This document shows, one piece after another, positions 55,999 through 64,000 of a DNA stretch of 64,000 nt. A model generated the notes under the pieces. The model was not told the DNA's origin. It saw nothing but the letters and a program-made list of their open reading frames with translations, and did no database searches. The DNA comes from a virus (taxonomy: Duplodnaviria > Heunggongvirae > Uroviricota > Caudoviricetes), in IMG/VR virus record IMGVR_UViG_3300032007_000002; one strand, given 5' to 3'. The position numbers were made by a program, and so were the translations under genes. Numbering within the stretch: the stretch's first letter is position 1; every line of letters starts with the position of its first letter.

Positions 55999-58000
55999 TT
56001 GAATACCTCCGAGCATAGAACGCGCTCCGGGAACCCGCCTTCACGGAATAACCGGCAAATGCTGACGGAGAACTCAGCCTAGCCACACGGGCAGCGTCAT
56101 AGTCATCTTCAACCGTATAGGACGCAACGATTTCAGTCTCGTCAATTTCGAGATCCTTCCTGCCACCGGTAATAGGCATGTAGTCACCGGTGTCGCGGTA
56201 GGAAGTATCTACCGTCTCCATCATCGCCAGCAGCTCGTTGGCCTTCTCCAAGAACTTCGGGGAAGTCGCATACACGTTCATCAGGCGGATAAGCTGATAG
56301 AACTTCTCGACATAGAACGGCTCGCCGGCTGCGTGCATGTTTTCCATCATGGCGATGACCGCGTTCTCCGCGTTCACGTCCATCGGCTCGTCGCCGGAGT
56401 TCACCTCGTTCTCGGTGTCGGTATTGCCGTCAAGCGCAACGATGGTGGAGACCGGGTCCGGGGCGTTCGGCGGGAGCTCCCCGTTGTGCTCGGCCTTATA
56501 CTTCTCGATTTCGTCTTCAAGCGCGGCAGTGCTCTGGAACGCGGCCTCCTCGTCGGCAACCTCCCTGTCCTTCTTGGACTTCTTGATCCAGCTCATGATG
56601 AGGTCAATCGGGCTTTCCGGGTACATCGCGCGGAGCGTAGAATCGCGCGGGCTGAGGCCTTCGAGGTCGGCGTTAATGCACATCATGTAGATGTCGATTG
56701 CATAGGCGCTACGCCAATACTTGTCATCCAGGCGCAAGTCCTTGTAGATTTCCCTGCTCCGGCTCTTTACCTTCTCGCTGAAATTCGGGCAGGCATGCTT
56801 GAAGCAGTTGATCCATTGGCGGAACGAGTTAATCATGTCGATTACGGACATGCCGTAATACTTCTTGCCCTTCTTGTATTCCTCGGTATAGATGAGGAAG
56901 CACGCGAAGTTGCCCAGCGACTTGATGAAGCCGGTGACATCAATCTTGTAGCGGAGCATCTCGGCATACTTCTTGATGAGGCAGCGGAGCGGCTTGATGA
57001 GCTTGTTGTACACATAGACTATCCACGATTCGAGGTAGCCGAAGGCCATGTCCACATACTTCTTCAAGTAGTTCCGATACATCTTGTCAACGGCGTTGGT
57101 CAGGTTCACCGGCGTAAGGAACGGGAACTTGTCCTCGATACACTTCACGATAGCGGCCGGGTTGTTCCTGATGTCGTTGCCGAAGTCGTCTTCCTGGCAC
57201 CCGGTCAGCGCGGCAATCACTCGTGCGACGCACGGGCAGTCCTGCATAAGCTCGATGAGAGAACTCCAGTCGATGCTGATGCCGATGATGGCAGCACGTT
57301 TCAGGAAACCGGCAAGGTCGCGAAGGACATCCAGTATGCAGTTCTTGACCGCTTCCGACAGGTTGATTAGCGTATTCTCGACACGTTCAAGCATTGCGTC
57401 GATGCGCTTGAAGATGACGAACGCCCCCTTCACGACAACCTCGATATAGCCGTCAACGGTTCCCCAAATCTTGGCAAGCATGTCACATATTTTCTGGACG
57501 AAGTCGGAACCCGCCATGCCGGTAGAAAGCGACACGCCGGTACTCAACCCGTTCATGAAGTTGACACCCTTGTTGAGGAGCGACACAGCCTGCTTGAACA
57601 TGGGGACATTGTCCTCCATGAACTTGAACACCACGTCGCCGCAGTCCACCGCGTTAATCGCGTCGGTGGCATTGTTCATTGATTTAATTGCAGCGCTGTT
57701 CTCGACAGACTGCGCAAACGAATCCAGATACTCGTAAAGGTTCTTCCCGGTCTTCTTCGTCTCGGCCTTCGCGGTCGCGCTTTCCGTCTTGCCGGAAGTT
57801 GACGACGCGGTAGAGACGGCAGACGAGCCATCGCTGGACTTGACCGCAGCGACGGACGCGGATGCGCCCACGCCGGCAGACACGCCGGAACCGGACGAGG
57901 AACTGCGCGTCCTCGCGGCACGCCCGGAAGCACCCGCCTTGCCCGAAGCGGAAGCCGCGTTCTCCTTCGGCAAACATCCTTCGTTCTTAGTTCCTGCCAT
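55982..58000 (-). CDS. Hypothetical baseplate-region protein
   Basis: 672 aa in the structural operon; Ser/Ala-rich N-terminus. Confidence 0.7.
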   Translation of the reverse strand: MAGTKNEGCLPKENAASASGKAGASGRAARTRSSSSGSGVSAGVGASASVAAVKSSDGSSAVSTASSTSGKTESATAKAETKKTGKNLYEYLDSFAQSVENSAAIKSMNNATDAINAVDCGDVVFKFMEDNVPMFKQAVSLLNKGVNFMNGLSTGVSLSTGMAGSDFVQKICDMLAKIWGTVDGYIEVVVKGAFVIFKRIDAMLERVENTLINLSEAVKNCILDVLRDLAGFLKRAAIIGISIDWSSLIELMQDCPCVARVIAALTGCQEDDFGNDIRNNPAAIVKCIEDKFPFLTPVNLTNAVDKMYRNYLKKYVDMAFGYLESWIVYVYNKLIKPLRCLIKKYAEMLRYKIDVTGFIKSLGNFACFLIYTEEYKKGKKYYGMSVIDMINSFRQWINCFKHACPNFSEKVKSRSREIYKDLRLDDKYWRSAYAIDIYMMCINADLEGLSPRDSTLRAMYPESPIDLIMSWIKKSKKDREVADEEAAFQSTAALEDEIEKYKAEHNGELPPNAPDPVSTIVALDGNTDTENEVNSGDEPMDVNAENAVIAMMENMHAAGEPFYVEKFYQLIRLMNVYATSPKFLEKANELLAMMETVDTSYRDTGDYMPITGGRKDLEIDETEIVASYTVEDDYDAARVARLSSPSAFAGYSVKAGSRSAFYARRYSSVVTA

Positions 58001-58007
58001 ATTCTAC

Positions 58008-59204
58008 CTACATGATATGCCGGGCCATCGTAAGGCTCGGACTGGGAATGCCATCAAACGAATCCGGGGTCACGAGAGGCAAGCTCCCGTTGCCGGAGTT
58101 CTTACGGACATGGTTTACAATGTCCGCGACTATCTTCTTCTGGTAGTCGGTGTAATTGTCCATCGCACCGCCCACGACCTGAATGACCACGGCGCCCTCA
58201 TTGGCCTTGTCGCCGCTAATCTTGTAACTGCTGAACATGCCGGCATCGTTGCCGATTTCGACCAGCTGGACGAACCCGTCAGTACCGGATCCATCGGCGT
58301 CGTCGAGAGAAATCTGCCCCTCGTTCTTGCCGACGATGAAATGCACACAGGAATTGGTCTTCATCGAGTCCGTGATGGCCTTGCCGATACCGGCACCCTG
58401 CGTGTGGCAAATGAGGATGCGCGTATATACCTTGTCCGTGCGCTTGATATAGCGCTCGGTAGCGTGTAACTCGACCTGGACCGGTCCGTCAACGCCGTCG
58501 ATTGTGCGCAAGTCGGCCTCGCTGCTCAGCTGGGCTTCCTCCGGCTTCGGCTCCGGCGGAGGTTCCACCGTCCCGGTCCCGTTGAACGTATCGACGGTGA
58601 GCTGCGAGATGTGAGAAATCCCGAGATACTCGGAACCCTGCCCGATGCCGGTGTTCGCGCGGTTGTTGCCTACGGGCATGCAGGTAAAAATGTCAATCGT
58701 CGCTTCGGTCAGGACCTGCTGCACATTGGCGCCATTTCCTTCCTTGGCGCCCATGCCCGCCTGCGCGTATGCGGTATTGCACTCCAGTTCGACCATGCCA
58801 GCGGCATCCCACGTCACCCGCGTATCGTTTCCCGCGTTCCTGATTTCGGACACGTGCGTGTTGCGGTTGTGGGTGTAGAAGTAATTGTCCTCGCCGAGGT
58901 TAGCCACGGCCACGTCCGGGTATTCGTTCACATAGTCAACGGGAAGTATGCTCGGGGTCGCCGACATGCCGTAGTAACGGCCACAGTTGATGTCCCCGCG
59001 GTCGAAACGGACGCGGAGGAAATAGCCCTTCTGCGGAACCTGCTGCATGCCGCCAGTGAGCGCAGGATAGACATACGGCTGCTCGGAATCGTCCCAAGCA
59101 TCCGTAATGCCGCAAACCTTGACGCGGACCGCGCCACGGTGCATCGCGTCCTGGCTTCCGCCGACAACTTCGCAGATGTAATAGTCTTCTTCAAGTTTCC
59201 GCAT
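58008..59204 (-). CDS. Baseplate hub/spike protein (gp5-like OB fold) with amidase-like C-terminal domain
   Basis: QDAMHRGAVRVKV.G...VPQKG..LRVRF..GD (gp5 OB); ILICHTQ...VHFIVG...VQLV...AN (amidase_2-like). Confidence 0.72.
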   Translation of the reverse strand: MRKLEEDYYICEVVGGSQDAMHRGAVRVKVCGITDAWDDSEQPYVYPALTGGMQQVPQKGYFLRVRFDRGDINCGRYYGMSATPSILPVDYVNEYPDVAVANLGEDNYFYTHNRNTHVSEIRNAGNDTRVTWDAAGMVELECNTAYAQAGMGAKEGNGANVQQVLTEATIDIFTCMPVGNNRANTGIGQGSEYLGISHISQLTVDTFNGTGTVEPPPEPKPEEAQLSSEADLRTIDGVDGPVQVELHATERYIKRTDKVYTRILICHTQGAGIGKAITDSMKTNSCVHFIVGKNEGQISLDDADGSGTDGFVQLVEIGNDAGMFSSYKISGDKANEGAVVIQVVGGAMDNYTDYQKKIVADIVNHVRKNSGNGSLPLVTPDSFDGIPSPSLTMARHIM

Positions 59205-59208
59205 CAGT

Positions 59209-60552
59209 CTATCCTATGACCCCTTCCGGGATCAGCTTGGCCTTCTTCAAACTCTGTATCAGTGAATTTAGGTCCTCGATGACGCTCTTGTCACCGGACC
59301 CGTTGGAAACGAGCATGAGCCGCGTAACCAGAGTAGGTGTCTCGTCCGGGTTTGCCGATCCGAGCATACCGCCGGATGTCACCGTCTTGCGCTCGACGTG
59401 CTTGGAAACGACAATGTAGCGGTCGGTATAGGTGTAGTCGGTCATCGGGCCGCTGGAACCAAGATCGGGCATCATCGTGTATATGCCGAGGCACGACCCG
59501 ACAACCGGGCCGATGTCATTATACAGCTCAATCTCCATCACCTTGCCGTATTCCGCGGATATGCGGTCGCGCAGCATGGTGGCCACCGGATAATACTTGT
59601 GCGTATTTGCCGGGAAGTCGGAGACCACGGTAAGCTCGCCATAGACGTCCCTGTTGTCACCGTTCTCGTTGCTGCCGAGGTCGTAGTCGGCACGGGCGCT
59701 GTCGGTGTCCTTCGCACCAACCTGGGAAGCGAGCTCGCCGAAGCAGTTGGACTTGCACGAAGAAATCTCCGCCTTGCCACCGGTCACGGAAGATGTCACG
59801 ATTTCCGGGAACATCGCGGAGCGGAGGTCGCCCTGGATATTCCCCTTGTGCTCGTTGCTATACATCCACAGCGTCTTACCGGAAGCCGGGTCAGTGATGC
59901 AGTTGCCGCCCGTTGCCTGCTTGGCGTTCGGGCTGTACACGCAGTAATCGGCACATGCCTTCCGGGCAGCGGAATATCCGGTAAGGAACACCTTGCCCGT
60001 GCGCTCGTCATAACCCCATACGGCGTATTCCTGTGGGATGCAGGAGTGCTCGATGATGTCGTTTCCGATCTCCACGCTGTCCGCGTTGACGAAACGCCAT
60101 ACCATCGAGTCCACCGGGGTGACGCCGGTCGGGGAAATCCTGTCCTCGAAGTTCTCGATGCCGAGGGTCTTGAACGCCTCGCGGAACGCATCCACGGAAG
60201 TCGCCGCGGGAACGGCGAACGTGTGCTTGCTCATCATTGCGGGAACGCCGACAACAAACCGGCATGTAATGTGCATCTCGGTATCGTTGACAATCATGCG
60301 GTTGATTGACGATATATAGATCGGAATGGAGCTGTTCTCGAAATAGGAATGGCCACTGTCGGTAAACGTAAGCGCACCGTAAATGCCGCTTTTCAGCGTC
60401 GCGTTGAACGCAGTCGGGACAGCAAGGGTAAACTCCCCGCGCGGCAATCCGTTGAGCGGGAAATCCATCGCGAAATTGACAACGCCGTCAACTGCCGACA
60501 GGTTGCCCACAACTACGCTGATGCCTATGCTGGTTCCGCCAAATGCGTCCAT
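59209..60552 (-). CDS. Probable baseplate hub protein (gp27-like position)
   Basis: Position between the gp53-like and gp5-like genes; size. Confidence 0.45.
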   Translation of the reverse strand: MDAFGGTSIGISVVVGNLSAVDGVVNFAMDFPLNGLPRGEFTLAVPTAFNATLKSGIYGALTFTDSGHSYFENSSIPIYISSINRMIVNDTEMHITCRFVVGVPAMMSKHTFAVPAATSVDAFREAFKTLGIENFEDRISPTGVTPVDSMVWRFVNADSVEIGNDIIEHSCIPQEYAVWGYDERTGKVFLTGYSAARKACADYCVYSPNAKQATGGNCITDPASGKTLWMYSNEHKGNIQGDLRSAMFPEIVTSSVTGGKAEISSCKSNCFGELASQVGAKDTDSARADYDLGSNENGDNRDVYGELTVVSDFPANTHKYYPVATMLRDRISAEYGKVMEIELYNDIGPVVGSCLGIYTMMPDLGSSGPMTDYTYTDRYIVVSKHVERKTVTSGGMLGSANPDETPTLVTRLMLVSNGSGDKSVIEDLNSLIQSLKKAKLIPEGVIG

Positions 60553-60980
60553 TATACACCTTCCCCGCTATACTTGGTAACGAAGTCCGCGGCGCTTTCC
60601 ATGTCGGGAATACCGAGGACCGTATTTGTCTCCACGTCGGTAATAGTGCCGGATGTGCCGACGGATTCATAACTCAGCCAGTCGCCCTTGCCGACCGCGA
60701 GTTCGCCCATGACCGCGCTGACCGCCTTGTCGAGCTGGCTGTCGGGAACCCCGCGCATTTCCAGTTCCGTCCTTATCGCCTCGTCGGCAGGACGGATGGT
60801 CGGACGCAGCGTGAGGACGTTGCGGATGTTGTTCGCTGCAGCAAGCAACATGTACATGCCCGGGTCGCCCATTATCGCATTGGCGACAAGGTCCATGCGC
60901 CCGGCAAGGCCGTCGTCAATCCTGGCCGTGCCGGAGAGCTTGAAGTTGGTGTCCCAGAGACGGGGGAACTCACGTGCCAT
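60552..60980 (-). CDS. Baseplate wedge protein (gp53/LysM-like)
   Basis: GRMDLVANAIMGDP..YMLLAAANNI. Confidence 0.7.
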   Translation of the reverse strand: MAREFPRLWDTNFKLSGTARIDDGLAGRMDLVANAIMGDPGMYMLLAAANNIRNVLTLRPTIRPADEAIRTELEMRGVPDSQLDKAVSAVMGELAVGKGDWLSYESVGTSGTITDVETNTVLGIPDMESAADFVTKYSGEGV

Positions 60981-62119
60981 TACTTCTTCCCTCCTTTATC
61001 CTTTCCTGCATACTTGCCGAACATCTCATGGCCGAGGAACGACATATACTGCTGGCCAGGGCTCGGGATGAGCCACGGTTCGAGCTTGATGCTCGCCTTG
61101 ACCCACAGCGGGAGGTGCGCACCGCAGACTTCGGAAATGAACTGTTCGGACGACGTCTCGAAATTCACGTTGGTAATTACCATCGGCTGGAGGTCGAGGG
61201 TGTGGCCAATGCAGAGACGGACCGGCAGCGGGGCAATCGTGTAATGGGTGCCCCACAGGTTCCCGGTAAACTTGTCAATCGTGTCCGCGGCGGACTTGGC
61301 GAAATCGCTGCCGGACGCACCGGCAACCGCGCCTGCCGCCGAAGCGGAAATGTTGTAGCCAGCGCTCGCGAGCTCGTTCTGCCCGGTCGTGGCAACATCG
61401 GTCATCAGCTGGCGAATGTTTTCCGCGATGCCCTTCTCGGTCGCGCGGAGATAGGTCATCCTGACAAGGCGCTCGACACCGACCATGCACGGGATTTCCT
61501 GCTCGGGGAGATACCACTGCACCTTGATGTCGTAGCTCAGGTTGATGTTGCCTTTCTTGAAGCTCTTCAACGTGGACGTTCCTACGCCGTTGCTCATGAT
61601 ACCGGCCTGCTCCGCGACATGGAGTGCCGTCCTGCGGGCGGCATCCACGTTAGTAAGGGCGGCAGTCCCGACCTGGTTCAGCGTGCGCCCGATGCCGGTC
61701 TTGTCGGCAAGCGCAGTGACCGGGGAAGCCATCTCCCTCAACAGCTGGACAGCGCCGGCAAAACCGCCTTCGCTGCGGTTTCCCCATTCAGCGGTAACGC
61801 CAAACGACGGGTTGGCGCCTTCGGTCATGATGCCGTAGAACGGGAGATACGCGTCGGCGCCTGCGTTGGCGTTCGTCACGGCAGCGCGGACACGGTCAAA
61901 GATACTGTAAAACGACCCCAGGTATTCCCTGCGGACGCTGGACGGGAGCACCTCGATACGCACCACGTTGGGCTTGGGCGTCCTGTCGGAAAGCGCGTTG
62001 CGTTCGCCGGTGTATTCGTCACCGGAGAGAGACCCATTAGCCCTGTCATAGGCAGCGTTCTTGACGTTGTCCCTGGCCTGGTAACGCATGCCTCCATCAT
62101 ACAAATCACTTACGCGCAT
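60980..62119 (-). CDS. Baseplate/tail tube cap-like protein
   Basis: APLPVRLCIG...MVITNVNF...LPLWVKASIKL tube-fold pattern. Confidence 0.5.
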   Translation of the reverse strand: MRVSDLYDGGMRYQARDNVKNAAYDRANGSLSGDEYTGERNALSDRTPKPNVVRIEVLPSSVRREYLGSFYSIFDRVRAAVTNANAGADAYLPFYGIMTEGANPSFGVTAEWGNRSEGGFAGAVQLLREMASPVTALADKTGIGRTLNQVGTAALTNVDAARRTALHVAEQAGIMSNGVGTSTLKSFKKGNINLSYDIKVQWYLPEQEIPCMVGVERLVRMTYLRATEKGIAENIRQLMTDVATTGQNELASAGYNISASAAGAVAGASGSDFAKSAADTIDKFTGNLWGTHYTIAPLPVRLCIGHTLDLQPMVITNVNFETSSEQFISEVCGAHLPLWVKASIKLEPWLIPSPGQQYMSFLGHEMFGKYAGKDKGGKK

Positions 62120-62120
62120 A

Positions 62121-63995
62121 TTACATTCCCGTCATTTGAGTGTTCAACTGTCTTCCGATTACGCTCATATCCTGGCGCATCATTTCATGGTAACGCGGAT
62201 CCATCAAGGATGCCGTCATGCCGCCAAACACGGACTGCTGCATGAGGGACGCGTCAAACGGAGCATTGTACTCGTGGTCCTTCTCGATAATGTCCTCGGA
62301 ACCCTCCACCTTGCCGGCCGTAGCGGCAGCCTCGACCTGCGCGGTCTCCTGTTCCGCCTGTATGCGGGCCTGGGTCTCGAATACCCAGTCGTGCATCTTG
62401 TTCGGGTCGTAGGTGGACGCGAACTCGGCCATGAGCTTGAGAACATCGTCCTGCGCATCTTCGAGCTTCTTGTAGGCCTCCTCGGAAGAGTCTCCCCAGA
62501 ATTTGAGCTGCCCGCCAAGGCTATTGGCGTCGGCATAGTTGTCGGATGCTTCCTTGATGCGCCCGATAGCATCCTTGGCACGGTCAGTGCTGAGGAACTT
62601 GTCGAGGACAATGTTCGAATCGCCGATGTCCGGGCGCTGCTTGGCAATCTGCTTTGCCTGGCTCTGAAGACGACGATGGATGGCGCTGTCGAGCATCTTC
62701 GCCGTATTTTCCTTCTGGTCGGCAAGACCGTCGCGGTAGTCGAGATAGCCCGAAATCGCCTCCCCGATAGAGTCCGGGGACCCCTCGTTGATGAGACCCA
62801 TCTTCTTGCCGATGAAGGTGGTTCCGCCAAACGCCAGCTGTCCGGCAAGCGCACCCCAGCCAACAGGGCCGGCTGCAAGGCTTGTCGCGCCAAGGGCGGC
62901 ATCGACGCCACCACCGATGAGCGTATTCTTTGCACCACGGGTATCACCGCTCTGGTAGCGGTTGAGCGCTTCCAGACCGGATGCGCCTGCACCCACGGCA
63001 ACACCGAGCGGGCCGAGAACCTTCCCGACCTTCGCCACAGCGGCGCCAGTCTTCGCGAGCGGGCCGGTAGTCAGCTTCGCTATGCGCCCGGACTGGGACG
63101 CGGCGCGTTTTGCTGCATCGGCAGCCGCCTTCTCCGCCTCGTCGGCAATGCCGGTGGCCTTGCGGGCCTTGTCCACTAGGGCATTGGACTTCTTGAGGTT
63201 GCTGCCCTTGTAGTTGTCCACCTTGGCCTGCGCGTTTGCCGCCCTGATACGGGCGCGTTCCGCGGTGGCCTGCTTGGCGTTCTTGGCATATTCCGGGTTG
63301 AGCATCTGGAGGGCGTTGCCGCCAGCCTTCAACCCCTTGCCTTCGAGGACACTGACCGTATCGCCGAACTTGCCGAGAAGGGCATGGTTGAGCAATGCGA
63401 GCCCGCCTCCGAGAAGAAGGGCACTGCCCCATCCGAAACCGCCGTTCTTGGGCTGTTCGGTCTCCTCGCCGGTCTTCTTTCCAAGGTCCAGCTTACCGTC
63501 GTCCCAATCTTTGAGGAACTTGTAGAGAAGTTCGTCCTTCGGGCGACGGACCCGGTTTTCAAAATCAATTCCGCGGAACTGTTCGTTGCGCAGTTCAGTT
63601 TCCAAGGTCTGGTCGGCAACCGACTTCACCCTGGCGGTAGGCTGCTCAGTGCGTTCAGCGGACGGTTTCTGCCGGGTCGACGCGTCCAGGCCCAGCATGG
63701 CAGCGAGCCTGTTGGCAATCCGCATCTCCTCGGTGCGCCGACGGTTGGTCCCGGCCAGCATACGGTCATAGTATTCCCTCGGGTCCTCGATTGACGCGGT
63801 GGCGCTATGGATATGCTGTTGCTGGGATGCCCCGATAAACATGGTCGGGACCTGCGGGACGGACTCCACCACGGACTTGTGCTGGGTCGTTGTCTCGCCT
63901 ATCTGCGGGCCGAAAGACGCCTGCTGGATAGCATCGGGCGCCTGCTGGGGCGGATTGATGGGCAGGGTAGGGGCAGGTTCAAGCAGCTTCGCCAT
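62121..63995 (-). CDS. Probable tape measure protein (may be incomplete at the window edge)
   Basis: Ala/Gly-rich helical protein with KVLGPLGVAVGAG-type segments, upstream of baseplate genes. Confidence 0.55.
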   Translation of the reverse strand: MAKLLEPAPTLPINPPQQAPDAIQQASFGPQIGETTTQHKSVVESVPQVPTMFIGASQQQHIHSATASIEDPREYYDRMLAGTNRRRTEEMRIANRLAAMLGLDASTRQKPSAERTEQPTARVKSVADQTLETELRNEQFRGIDFENRVRRPKDELLYKFLKDWDDGKLDLGKKTGEETEQPKNGGFGWGSALLLGGGLALLNHALLGKFGDTVSVLEGKGLKAGGNALQMLNPEYAKNAKQATAERARIRAANAQAKVDNYKGSNLKKSNALVDKARKATGIADEAEKAAADAAKRAASQSGRIAKLTTGPLAKTGAAVAKVGKVLGPLGVAVGAGASGLEALNRYQSGDTRGAKNTLIGGGVDAALGATSLAAGPVGWGALAGQLAFGGTTFIGKKMGLINEGSPDSIGEAISGYLDYRDGLADQKENTAKMLDSAIHRRLQSQAKQIAKQRPDIGDSNIVLDKFLSTDRAKDAIGRIKEASDNYADANSLGGQLKFWGDSSEEAYKKLEDAQDDVLKLMAEFASTYDPNKMHDWVFETQARIQAEQETAQVEAAATAGKVEGSEDIIEKDHEYNAPFDASLMQQSVFGGMTASLMDPRYHEMMRQDMSVIGRQLNTQMTGM

Positions 63996-64000
63996 GAACG

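Noticed and set aside
1-64000. Stop-codon reassignment as seen in some jumbo phages
   Set aside because: Conserved genes are full length in the standard code, all three stops terminate genes, and there is no suppressor tRNA.

Overview
A 64 kb segment of a large, GC-rich T4-like (jumbo) myophage genome. The left half (1-28 kb) is accessory: a non-autonomous IS200/IS605 tnpB element, a RelA/SpoT-type HD hydrolase, an array of 18 tRNA genes, RtcB, a metallophosphoesterase, a sigma70-family factor, Hsp20, a Dda-like helicase, a GT2 and a MoxR-like ATPase. The right half (28-64 kb) is mostly morphogenesis: baseplate wedge and hub, neck gp13/gp14, gp15, a gp55-like late sigma, prohead protease and scaffold, gp4, gp5 and a probable tape measure protein. 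The main finding is upstream of the tRNA array: a promoter, then a 33-codon leader peptide whose residues 3-29 use only, and all of, the 11 amino acids served by the array, then mutually exclusive antiterminator and terminator hairpins. This looks like a ribosome-stalling attenuator that senses loss of host tRNAs and switches on the phage replacement tRNAs. The tRNAs are also unusual: none encodes CCA, 15 of 18 end in CTA, and many acceptor stems are bulged or remodelled. Three recurring intergenic motifs suggest a host-sigma, phage-sigma, gp55 cascade, and a structured ~290-nt candidate ncRNA lies at 39.6-39.9 kb. All product calls come from recognising motifs by eye; no database searches or folding programs were run.
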